NCBI GenBank assembly: GCA_044226015.1
Contig: JBGAHS010000008.1
Location: 128,001-192,000, forward strand
Direction: 5' to 3'
Source of the DNA: Candidatus Obscuribacteraceae bacterium
GTDB taxonomy: Bacteria > Cyanobacteriota > Vampirovibrionia > Obscuribacterales > Obscuribacteraceae
DNA: 64,000 bases
Under the pieces are notes generated by a model. It was not told the origin of the DNA. It was given only the letters and a program-made list of their open reading frames with translations, and did not search any database. The position numbers and the translations under genes are program-made. Below are positions 41,252-52,200 of the stretch, in pieces. The first letter of the stretch is position 1; the number at the start of each line of letters is the position of its first letter.

Positions 41252-41478
41252 AGGCTAGTCAAGGGTATCTGAAAGCCGGTTAACTTACCGCTTCGCCAAC
41301 AAGCGACACGGGCATTCTAAACAAGGTCTAACTTAAGTTGGTGATAATCAACCGCTGGGTTCACTAATTTTGTAGTCAAGCATCACGTCCCCTCGGCAAT
41401 ACGCCTGGTTCGACTAGCTCCAAAGAATGGGCTTAAATTCAAATTTCTCTGAACTTAACTCAGCAGTCGGATTTGCAT

Positions 41479-42654
41479 CTAGCCTTGCGCAGCACTAAAC
41501 TCTGCGGCGTGGGCTGGCGTGTGTGTTTTGAAGAACGATTCAATCTTTCCAACCACGTAAGCAACAAGCTCTTCATTGAGACCAATCCACAATGGAAGAC
41601 GCAATAAACAATCGCCAGCCATTATCGTGTTTTCCAGGGAACTAGCAACACGTCCGTATTTCAGACCTGCAGGCGATTGATGCAAGGGCACATAGTGGAA
41701 CAGGCTCGCGATGCCATTTTCCTTAAGGTAAGAGCTCAGTTTTGTTCTGGTATCAAGAGAATCAACGAGAATGTAGTATAGATGCGCATTGTGAATGCAT
41801 GATTCTGGAACTACAGGACGACGCAAATAGCCTTTCTTCTCCAGTGCTTCAAGCATCTTGTGGTAGTTGTTCCACGAATCCATACGAGTTGCCTGAATAA
41901 AGTCATATGACTCTAATTGCGCCTTCAACACGGCAGACTGAAACTCGCTCGGCAAGAATGAAGAACCTTTGTCTTTCCATGTGTATTTATCAACTTCACC
42001 ACGGAAAAATTGTGAGCGGTTGGTTCCCTTTTCGCGCAGAATTTCAGCGCGGAATGCGAGATCCTGATTATCTGTCAGGAACGCACCACCTTCGCCCGAA
42101 ATGATGTTTTTCGTTTCATGGAAGCTAAATGCAGCCATATCACTCACCGTTCCAAGCTTTCTTCCTTTATAAAGAGCACCGATGGCGTGAGCGGCATCTT
42201 CAATAACGAGAATATTATTGGCTTTGCAGACTTCGTTTATCTTGTCCATTTCACAAGCAACGCCAGCATAATGGACTGGAAGCACAGCTCGGGTTTTCTT
42301 GGTGATGGCCTGCTCAATCAAATTCTCATCGACGTTAATCGTATCTTTGCGAATGTCGACAAAGACGGGAACTGCGCCCTGAAGCAGGAAGGAGTTAGCT
42401 GTCGAAGAAAATGTAAATGACGGAAGAATGACTTCGTCACCGGGTTTAAGATCTAGCAAAAGAGAGGCCATCTCTAGAGCAGCTGTGCCGGATGGCGTCA
42501 GTAACGCTTGCCTCACGCCGAGCATGTCTTTCAACTTGTTGTGGCACCACTTTGTCATTGCGCCATCACCGCTCCAGTGGCGGCTGTTCGCGACCTCAGC
42601 TAAATATTCAGCCGTGTTTTTGGCGTTATAAACGTTGTTGAAAGGGATCTTCAT
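41479..42654 (-). CDS. rffA: dTDP-4-amino-4,6-dideoxyhexose transaminase (RffA/WecE; DegT/DnrJ family)
   Basis: LLTPSGTAALEM, PSFTFSSTAN, VHYAGVACEMD, EDAAH, FSFHETKNIISGEGG (PLP Lys), REKGTNRSQFFRGEVDKYTW, FHYVPLH. Confidence 0.93.
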   Translation of the reverse strand: MKIPFNNVYNAKNTAEYLAEVANSRHWSGDGAMTKWCHNKLKDMLGVRQALLTPSGTAALEMASLLLDLKPGDEVILPSFTFSSTANSFLLQGAVPVFVDIRKDTINVDENLIEQAITKKTRAVLPVHYAGVACEMDKINEVCKANNILVIEDAAHAIGALYKGRKLGTVSDMAAFSFHETKNIISGEGGAFLTDNQDLAFRAEILREKGTNRSQFFRGEVDKYTWKDKGSSFLPSEFQSAVLKAQLESYDFIQATRMDSWNNYHKMLEALEKKGYLRRPVVPESCIHNAHLYYILVDSLDTRTKLSSYLKENGIASLFHYVPLHQSPAGLKYGRVASSLENTIMAGDCLLRLPLWIGLNEELVAYVVGKIESFFKTHTPAHAAEFSAAQG

Positions 42655-42860
42655 CGATAGAATCTCAGGAAAAGATAATGATAACGCGTAATTTGCTGCC
42701 GTGACACATACAAAGTTGAGAAGATGGCAATCTACAGGCGTTGAATGGGCGCGAAATTTAGCGCCATCGGGAAAAAACTCTTGTAAATGATGAAAAATCT
42801 ATGCTGGGAATTTTCCAGTTGATAACCTAGAATGCACGGGTACGGCTGCGGGAATTAACA

Positions 42861-44657
42861 TTGCTTAAGCAAGCGACATTGTCCACAAAAGACGAAAGCG
42901 GCAGCACGAGTGCCACAGTAACGACAAAGCGGCAGACTTTCTGGCCTCTTCTTTCTGTTATCTCGCTGTATTTTCTGAGCATCATCATCGCGAACCCTGC
43001 GGGCAATTTTCCGATCAATGACGATCTTATTTATGCAACTGCCGTAAAAAGCATTTTGAATACGGGCTCATTACACATTGTTGTTGGCAATGCGTTTGAC
43101 TATCTTCCTGTGATGACCGGTGTTCTGGTCTGCAAATTTGTCGGCTTCTCTTACGATGCGCTTCGTGGGGTCACAATTGCCTATCACGTATTAGGAATTG
43201 TGGGCATGTATCTAGCTCTAAAACAGCTAGACATGAAGAACAGAGATGCAGCGATTTTTACAGGATTGTATGGGCTCAATCCTTTTATGTTGTATTTGTC
43301 TTGCACATTCATGACAGATACCCCCGCACTTGCAATAACTAATTGGATGTTCTACTTCGCACTTCGTGCGATGAAAACAAAGAACCTGGGCACCTGGCTG
43401 GCAGCGATGGTCTGCCTGACTGCCGCTGTCTCCGTCAGGCAGTCAGCCTTGAGTTTCATGCCCGCACTAGTGCTCGCGGCTATCGTCAGCGTGCGAATGA
43501 CAAAAGAGCGCCTAATTTACTTAGCTTCGCTTGTGCTGCCGGCGGTCACATTCTTTGTATTGCAGCACTGGCTAAAATCAAACACAGAGTTGACTGAATG
43601 TTATGAGCACTTTCAAACAACTATTCCAGCAAAGATGCTGCAAATATTGAACCCTGCGAAGCTGATTACACCGCTTGCTCAACAATATTGTATGTATGGG
43701 CTGTTCTCAGCGCCACTGAATCTAGCAACGCTAGTTCTGGTCTTCAAAAAACTGAAAGAGCATAAGACACTAGCTGCGGTATCACTCATTGCTGCACTGG
43801 CGCTCACTGCGTTGCCAATCTACATTCTGCTGGGCGTAGAGAAGATCATCTTCATGCCGTTCTACCAGAATCTCTTTTCACCACCATATATTGGAACATA
43901 CCAGGCAATCGGCGCAGAGATGATCTGGCCGAAGAAACACTTACTCGCAATGGGACTTCCAGCCGGCATTGCAGGAACACTGTTCGCCTTCTGCCTTTAT
44001 TTTGTTTGCGCCTACAAGGTGAATCGGCAAGCACTAAACGACATCCCAGCCAAAGCAAAAGAATATTTGCAAAGCAAAGCCTCTTACGAGACTCAGCTGC
44101 AAATGTTCCTTGTTACATCGTTCGCTTTCACTTTGATGGCAACCCAAGCGCAGTTACTGACCAATGGGCTTGATCGTTACATGTGCGCACTTGTGGCGCC
44201 GGCCCTTTTGCTATTCGGCAAGTTTTGGCTCGATTTCTCAGCAGGATTGAGTTCGAAACTCATACTCTCAACGGGTGTCATTGCACTTATGGTTTATGGC
44301 ACCATGACGTTGAGCGACAGCATGAACTTCAATCGGGCGCAATGGACTGCAGCCCGCAAGGTCGAAGCCATGGGTGTCAGCCCACTAAAAATCGAAGCAG
44401 GACCAGAATACAATTACACCTACGGTGGCGCGAACTGCCTGCGTGGAATTCATCGTGCAACGAAGACCTGGCCGGTAGAACGCAGAGGTGGACCAGAGAG
44501 ATCAAAACTGCGCTGGTGGCCAATCAACGGCGAAGATTACATCATCTCGTGCGACCCTGTTAAGGACTACACGAAGATTGACGAAGTGCCGTACTTCCAA
44601 ACCGTTCGATGGAAATACAGACCTGTCTATATATTGAAGGCAGACAGGCTACCCTAG
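42861..44657 (+). CDS. ArnT/PMT-like GT-C glycosyltransferase (paralog C)
   Basis: GNFPINDD, TFMTDTPAL, VRQ, GLDRY, GGPERSKLRWWPINGEDY; shares QNLFSPPY(I/V)GTYQ with paralog B. Confidence 0.8.
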   Translation: MLKQATLSTKDESGSTSATVTTKRQTFWPLLSVISLYFLSIIIANPAGNFPINDDLIYATAVKSILNTGSLHIVVGNAFDYLPVMTGVLVCKFVGFSYDALRGVTIAYHVLGIVGMYLALKQLDMKNRDAAIFTGLYGLNPFMLYLSCTFMTDTPALAITNWMFYFALRAMKTKNLGTWLAAMVCLTAAVSVRQSALSFMPALVLAAIVSVRMTKERLIYLASLVLPAVTFFVLQHWLKSNTELTECYEHFQTTIPAKMLQILNPAKLITPLAQQYCMYGLFSAPLNLATLVLVFKKLKEHKTLAAVSLIAALALTALPIYILLGVEKIIFMPFYQNLFSPPYIGTYQAIGAEMIWPKKHLLAMGLPAGIAGTLFAFCLYFVCAYKVNRQALNDIPAKAKEYLQSKASYETQLQMFLVTSFAFTLMATQAQLLTNGLDRYMCALVAPALLLFGKFWLDFSAGLSSKLILSTGVIALMVYGTMTLSDSMNFNRAQWTAARKVEAMGVSPLKIEAGPEYNYTYGGANCLRGIHRATKTWPVERRGGPERSKLRWWPINGEDYIISCDPVKDYTKIDEVPYFQTVRWKYRPVYILKADRLP

Positions 44658-44693
44658 AACTGAGCGTAGAGCCTGAATCAGGGTGATTAGCCA

Positions 44694-44759
44694 GCAGCGC
44701 CATTGTCTGTATTTACTTCTATTTCGACGAGCATTTTCTCATCGATAAATCGGCGCTGC
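44694..44759. terminator. Imperfect long inverted repeat between convergent genes, possible bidirectional terminator
   Basis: gcagcgcc...ggcgctgc arms enclosing a second imperfect hairpin atttcgacgag...ctcatcgataaat; no clear U-tract. Confidence 0.35.
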
Positions 44760-44797
44760 GTTAAGAATTCACGACCGCAACTGAACCAACGCGAGCA

Positions 44798-45559
44798 TCA
44801 AGCTTTGACTGCGTCGACTGAACCATTGCAGCCGGAAACCCGTTGAATCTCAGAAGAGATTTCCAACAACGACAGACCACTTATGCGAATGGCATCCTCA
44901 AGCTCAGAGAGGTCTTTCACTGTATCAACAGCATGCCAGAAGTCCTTTGTACGATAAGACTTCAGCAGACCATCCTGCGCCAACCTGGGAAAAGTGAATT
45001 CCTCATGGTCTCCCTTCGAAGGTAGAAGTTCAACCATCTGAGGTTCAAGCAAATAGATTCCCGCATTTATCCAATAGGGCAGTACAGGCTTTTCACGAAA
45101 CGCTGACACAAAGCCATCTTCATTGTGTTCGATAATTCCGAATTGACTCTTAAATGGAACAGCAACTACAGTTGCTAACGCATGATACTTCCTGTGGTGC
45201 CTGACCAAGTCATCGACTCGCAACTTGGTCAAAACATCTCCATTCAGAGCAATTACAGGCTGGTGAGATCTGTCAAATTGCATCGCAAGCTTCAAGGCAC
45301 CACCACGACCGAGTGGTTCAGGCTCAATTTGGTAAGAGATTTCGACACCATATTCAGTACCATCACCAAAGTATTCAACTATCACATCATGAAGATAGCC
45401 ACAGCAAATCGTAATCTTTTTGCAGCCATGGGAGATAAGCCAATTCACGTTATACCAGAGAATTGGCCGCCCATTCAGCTCTACCATGCACTTAGGACGG
45501 CAATCGGTTAATGGACGAAGCCTTTCACCTTTGCCACCCGCAAGAACTATCGCGCGCAT
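44798..45559 (-). CDS. Sugar-phosphate nucleotidyltransferase (NTP_transferase family)
   Basis: MRAIVLAGGKGERLRPLTDCRPKCMV, EPEPLGRGGAL, LNGD, FREKP, WINAGIY; GGAGGT RBS favours ATG 45559 over the track's 45577. Confidence 0.9.
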   Translation of the reverse strand: MRAIVLAGGKGERLRPLTDCRPKCMVELNGRPILWYNVNWLISHGCKKITICCGYLHDVIVEYFGDGTEYGVEISYQIEPEPLGRGGALKLAMQFDRSHQPVIALNGDVLTKLRVDDLVRHHRKYHALATVVAVPFKSQFGIIEHNEDGFVSAFREKPVLPYWINAGIYLLEPQMVELLPSKGDHEEFTFPRLAQDGLLKSYRTKDFWHAVDTVKDLSELEDAIRISGLSLLEISSEIQRVSGCNGSVDAVKA

Positions 45560-46214
45560 ATTACCTCCACGATACACATAGTATATTGCAGAGAACTTTC
45601 GCTAGCCCTAAAAAGAACTAAATCAGAAAAACGCCAAAAATCTGAGAGCAAAATGACACCACCAGCAGTGCGGTTGACAATCCGGGTTAAGGAAGCTGAG
45701 AGAGCCGCCTGTCGACCATATCCAGCAATATCGCTCCAAAAATTGCGTCAAAGATCTTCACAATAGTGATTTAAGTGACAATGTTATCCATTTAACACTG
45801 GTCGATCGCACAAGTACCCCGAATTACATCGAATCGGATCCGCAATCATATACAGATCAAGGCTTTTACATGTCAACACAGATAGAACTCAGACATGAAG
45901 AGAATTCAGCATTTGTCGCACTTTTCATACCGCCAGAGACGCTCACTAGCGCGACGAAAGCGCTATGACTTTGTTCCCAGCAAAAGAAAAAATGTTTTTC
46001 GAGACAAAAAGGAGTTACCTCTCACGCCAGCTGGCGCTAGATCTAACCGCGATTTAGCTAAATTATTTTTATCCCCGATGACCGTAGTCTGCATGCCTTG
46101 CCACCCAACGGCAGCACCGTAGACACAGCGATATCCACCCCAGATATAACTTGCCAGTTGAGGTATAACCCCGGAGACTAGCAGTGAGTTCGAGTTGTCA
46201 GCAGGAGATATCGA

Positions 46215-49200
46215 ATGCGTATCCGACGTCGCAGAAAAATTGGTTCGGTGAAGAAGAGCGTTGTGCTTTTCGCTTCATCGATGATCTTGATTAATTCGTT
46301 CATGGCGACCCAGTCCGCCGTGGCGCAGAGCAGACCAGGTTCAGTTCCCACCAACATGAGTCAAGCGACTCCGATAGGCGGAACGACGAACCCAAATCCG
46401 AACACCAGACCTACGAATCTGGATTTGTCGGCTATGTCGGGAACGATAACTTCTGCGAACACCAGTCCGGTGAACATCCTCGTTGGAGGAGCCATGAATC
46501 ATGGCACTGTATCTGGTGGCACATCTCTGATCATCAATCCTGGAACCGCGGTAACTCCTGCACAATACGTCGCGGTCTTCGAAGCCATGCGTGGCAACCA
46601 GACTTTGTTGCTCAATGCACAAGGGGCTGCCACAGGCGGTTCATTCCGACTCAACTCAAACCAAGTCACAACTCTTTCAGGTCTCACTGTTCCAAGTGGC
46701 GTTACTGGGATTGCCACTGGTTACAATGCCAATTCTCCACTGCAAGTCGCTGGCAACGTAAACGTACTCGGTTCTCTCTACTCACTGCAAAATGCACCGA
46801 ACATGACATCGGTGTTGAACATGGACAACTTGTACATTGGTGCAGGCGGACTTCTCTCCGGTCGCATGCCTAATGGAATGGATCTGCCTGGGGTCTATTC
46901 GTCAGCTGGCATGTTGCTGAACGTCGCCAACTCCATGGTCAACCAGGGCGTAATCACAACACCTGGCGCGCTGAACATAACCACTGGTGGCAGCATCACA
47001 AACCAGAGTGTTAACAACGTTCAAGCGGTCATCAATGCACAGAATATCGTCCTCAATACTGGCACCGGCCAGATTGTGAACTCAGGCTTAATTCAGGCAA
47101 TGGATTCGTTGCGGGTCAATACTATTAATCCGACAACCAATCTCAACATCGACAATACTAAAGGTATACTTCAAGCGCTCGGCTCACTTAATTCAGTGAC
47201 CGGGCTTTTTGATAATAATGGGGTCATAACCCTCCGTGAGGATGGTGCCAACCTTGAGCTAGCTAATGTCAATGTCAGTGGCGGTCAACTTGACGCCGGC
47301 GGTGGCATCAATGCGTTCGGTAAGAACATCGAGATTCACACAGACAGCATCACAGGACCTTTGAGTTCAAAGGGTTCTGTTGCTCACGTGTCTGTGACAT
47401 CTGGCGATCTATATTTAGGTGACCAGATTCTTTCTGGCGACCCGACTTATTTCAACAACGCAGGCAATATCGTTATATCTAGCCTCACATCAGTGGCTGG
47501 AGACCTGGCAATCGTCGCATCTGGAAGCATCATCACCACCGGCGCGACAACAATTCAAACGACAGCCAACAACTTCAGTATCTTCCTTGGAGCAGGCTTC
47601 AATTTCACTACAGGTGGCGGCACAAACTCTCCGAGTTTCGCAACTAACGCACCGGGTGACACTACTAGCACACTTACGTTCGACGGAACTACGAATGCTG
47701 GAAAGTCCATCAACAGTTCCGGACAAATCCTCAATCTGCAGACAACCGGCACAGGTAGCATTACTCTGGCCAGCACCGGGTCAACAAATATCGGCGGCGG
47801 CACGATATCCAGTGAGAAAGGTGATGTCACAATCATCGCTGGAAGTGGGTTCACACAAACAGGTGGCAGCATAGGCACCACATCTGGCAATGTGACGATC
47901 GCATCAGCGGCTCCAGTCATCTCCAACACTTCTACGGTAGTGAACGGACTTGTTACGGGTTTACCTACAATAGGTACGAAGAATTCGAGCGCGATAACTG
48001 TACAGACCATCAACTCAAGCGGTGGTGGCAACGTTTCCATCCAGAGCAATGCTGGAGCACTCACGTTGGGTGGGGCAGTCACTACGGCTAGCGGCGGTAC
48101 CATCAGCATAGACACAGGTTCGATTACAAGCTCAGGAGTGAACATCGGTAGTGCGTCTGCGGGCGCCATAACGATCAATCCTGGCGCAGGCTCAATCAGC
48201 AGCCTCGGCTCTATCACGAGTGCCGCTGCCATTAACGTAGGCAGTGCCACTGCGACAGGCATCACTGTAGGCGCAGTCGACAACTCCGCTGGCACTGGCA
48301 ACCTCACTCTCCTGACTAAGACTGGAGGCGTGAGCGCTGGCGCTCTTACATCGATGGGTTCAATTGATGTGCAAGCAACAGATGGCAGCTCGAGCGGAAA
48401 TATTTCAACAGGAGCGGTCACGAACTCTGCTAGCGCTGCTGGTACTGTGAAGCTTTCCGCCGCATCCGGCTCTGTCACCACCAGTGGTGACATTTCAGCA
48501 AAAGGAAAAGTTGAAGCTGGCGACGGCAATGGTACGGGTCTGTCAGTCGGAAACGTAAGTAACTCTACAGGCGACATATTCCTTGCAAGCAACACCGGAT
48601 CTTTGACTGCTGGAACCGTCAACGCCGCAACTGGTTCAGTAGACGCCAGCAACAATAGCGGAGCAATCACTCTGTCCGACGTCACTGCTGGCGGAGCTGG
48701 TAAGCAAATCTCAGTGACTGCCAGTGGAACTACACAGGTGGGCAACCTGACAAACCTGGGTGGCTCCGTGAGTGTTGTTAACAGCAATTCTGGAACCAGT
48801 ACGACAACAGGTTCTATCACGACTACAGCAGCAGCTGGTGGTTCAGTTCTTGTACAAGGTGGCAACAGCATATCAACTGGTGCCATCGACACTCATGGAA
48901 CTGCTGGCGACGGTGGACTTGTTCTATTAGATGTGTCAGCAAACCCTAATGCTGACATTTCTGTGAGCGGTAACATTAATACCAGTGGTACCGCAAAAGG
49001 CGGGGACCTTTTCTTGCTTGCGAACAACGTAAGCTCAACAACTTCCGAAATAAGAGTCGACGGCTCTCTCAATGCCAGTGGTGGCACAGGCAAAGCCGGC
49101 TCCGTTGTAGTCGCTGAGTTCAACACATCAGCACTCAACATCAACAGCAACACAGCCAGCCCTGGCGCTAACACTATAGGACCTATCACCGCGACTTCTT

Positions 49201-52200
49201 CGGTAGCTAGCCCCGACATTCTAATCAGCAACAATGTCGGTGATGTTCACTTCGGCGGACCAGCCGGAAATGCCATCGATGCGAAGGGTCTTGTTCAGGT
49301 GACAGCTGGCGGCAGCATCACTGGTAGTGGCACCGGGAAGGGTGTCATCAAGTCTGCAACTAACGTCACGCTAATCGCTGGAACTGATGCAGGCAGTTTC
49401 GCCAGCAATGCAATTGAAACAAACACAACTAGCCTGAACGCAACCGCGACTACCGGCGAAATCTATGTTAACAACACCAATGCCGGTGTATTGAATGTAG
49501 ATGGCGTTGTGAGCGCTAAAGACGTCTACATCAAGACAAATAATGGAATTCAACTCAACACCAATATTGCCCCGACAGCCAATGGCGGCGTAACATTGGA
49601 AACCGCGGCAGGAGACATTAGCAGCCCTGGAAACAAGAGCATCAACACATCAACAGGAGTGGGTGATGGTGGGTATATCGTGTTGTTGGGCACCAATGTC
49701 GATTTGGGCACAGGCACTCTGACTTCCAACGGCAACGGCTCTAACAAGAATGCCGGCGGCATAGGTATCATAGCCCCGGGCGGCAACGTCACTACTGGTG
49801 CGATCAGTGCAAATGCGACCGGCTCTGGCAACTCTGATGGTATAGGTATAACAGCCAAGAATGTGCATATTCAGGGCAACCTGACAGCAACATCCGCCTC
49901 CGGCGCAGGGGGTGGCATCACTGTCGGCACAGTCGGTTCCGCAGGGGGTTCGATAAGTATTGATGGCAACATCGATGCTACCGGAGGAACTTCCGGTTCC
50001 GTCACACTGACGGAGAATTCATCGAGCCAGTTTGGCTTCAACGCAGGGATAACGGGAACCAACGTCATCCAGGGCACTGTCAGCGGCGGCGCGATAACAA
50101 TCAGAAATGACGGCACCGGAACTATATTCTTTGCCGATAATTCAGCAACGGCTGTCACAGGGACATCGATCACCGTCACCGCTGGTACTGCGGGAGTATC
50201 TACCGGAGCCATACTGGGTCTGGGCACCGGCACAGCCGGCACCAACAAAGGTGCTCTAGTTGCGACGACCGGCACAATAAGCCTGACATCATATTCGAAC
50301 GGAACTAGCAGTAGTTTCATCGGTACTCTTAACAGCCAGCTTGTCGTTGATCAACAAAGCGGCGGACTCGTCAGCTTTACAGCAGAAGGAACCAGCAGCA
50401 ATGTATTCCTTACCGATATAAATTCCGGCGATGTCACACTCGCAGCTAGCGGAAGCAACTTTGGTAACAACCTGAGTTACAACAAAGTGAACGGTGGCAA
50501 CATCACACTAGGAACTGTAAGCAGCACTAACAACGGCACCATAAGCGTCAGCATTTCTGGTGGTGTTGGCGGAGACATCATTCAAGGTGGAAGCGGATTG
50601 CTGTCCTCACCATCTGGCTCAGTCATCTTATCGACAAGCAACGGCAATATCGGAGCGTCCGGAACTGGCGGAATCGACATTCAGGCAGCGAACATTCAAG
50701 CTAACGCAGCCGGAACAGCGAAGAACGTCTTCATAGACGCCAACGCCAGCACAAGTGGTGCGGTAACAATCACAGGACCTGCGGCAGGTTCATCTGCTAC
50801 AGGTTCATTCAACCTTACCTTAGTCAACGATGGCAATCTGACGGTGCCATCTGGCAAGACTGTAAATGGTGCCTCTGTTGATCTTTCAACCTTCAACGGC
50901 GACATAAAACTCAATGGAGCCGTAACCGCATCGAACGGAACCCTCCATGTAGCAACAGGCACCGCAGGCGGTGACATCTACATAGGTGCTCAACTCACGG
51001 ATTTAGCAGGCGGCAACGTGCTGCTTGAGGCGAAGGCTCCAGCAAGCACCATATTCGTCACACAAACTCTAGGCACGACCATACTCGGCACCGGCGGCGA
51101 CATAATCCTCAAGAGCGGCTCTGGCGGCTTAAAGTCCAACGGCAACGACATTACTTTTTCAGCGATCGGTAAACTAGACGGCACAGGTCTGGGCGGAGAC
51201 GTTAACACAACCGGAACATCTACTGGTGGTGGCGTCAATTTCTTTGGCGCTACAGGAATTGACCTCGGCACAACCAAGATCGTGACAGACGGAGCCACAG
51301 GAGCAGCAGGCAACATAGCTCTCACCAACGCTACCGTTGGAACAGACATTAAGACCGGCGGAATCAGCGCGGTGGGCGGAACCAACAGCGTAGGTGGAAA
51401 CCTAACCGCCATTAGCAGCGGCAGCATATACATAGTCGGCGACATCAGCACCAACGGCAATGGCAGCGGCAATGCTGGCTTCATCTCACTACAGGGAACA
51501 AGTCCTTCAGGTGCCATCAGAGTGGATGGCAACTTGACAGCAACATCCACTGGTGGAGCAGCAGGCAGCGTTTCGCTCAGTGAAACTTCAAGTGCACCAT
51601 TCCAGTTCAATGTTGGTGGCTCAGGCGCAGCCAACTCCATTAAAGGAACAATTTCAGCCGGGGCAGTCACCATCTATAACTATGGTGGTGATGTAGTATT
51701 CAAAGGTGCCAACGCGCCTGGTGCGATTGCGCAGTCTAGTTCGATACAAGTGCAAGCAGGACAGCTTGGCACCACAGGTAGCATCACCTCCGACGGAACC
51801 GCCAACAGCGTGCTGAATTCGACAGGCGGCATAGCTCTAAGTGCCGTAGATGGCGGCACTATTGGTTCAAGCACTAATGCAGTCAAAGTGAAAACCGGAA
51901 GCGGACAGGGCGTTCAGTTGTACTCAGACAGTGCGACTGGCGACATGTTCGTGGAGGATTTGGGAACAGGTTCCACTTTCCTTCAGGTTTCGAACCTTGG
52001 TCATGACCTCACCTACACTAAGACAGCAGGTGGAGATCTAGTTCTCGGCTCAGACATCGACAGCGATAACAACGGAACTGTCAGCCTCAGCATCACTGGA
52101 ACCGGAAGCATCGACAATTCGGTCGGTCCATACACAATCACGGCAGGTGCTGTCGTTCTGAGCACCCAAACAGGTAGCGTAGGCTCGAACACGAAAGTGA

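Noticed and set aside
41400..41425. ggttcga, like a tRNA T-loop
   Set aside because: No proper T-stem, anticodon arm or acceptor stem
20918..42654. Nod-factor biosynthesis (NodPQ/H/X/IJ look-alikes)
   Set aside because: No nodA, nodB or nodC; the ABC pair is Wzm/Wzt type; the similarity is in pathway logic only
41479..42654. Enterobacterial common antigen cluster implied by rffA
   Set aside because: No wecA, wecD, wecF, wzxE or wzyE recognised in the window
45895..46122. 75-aa ORF in the giant-gene leader (likewise 176..370, 17293..17481, 17533..17769)
   Set aside because: No recognisable motifs or convincing RBS; consistent with chance ORFs
46224..46238. RRRR as a Tat signal in the giant protein
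   Set aside because: Lacks the S/T-R-R-x-F-L-K consensus, and folded export of a >5900-aa protein is implausible; Sec is more likely
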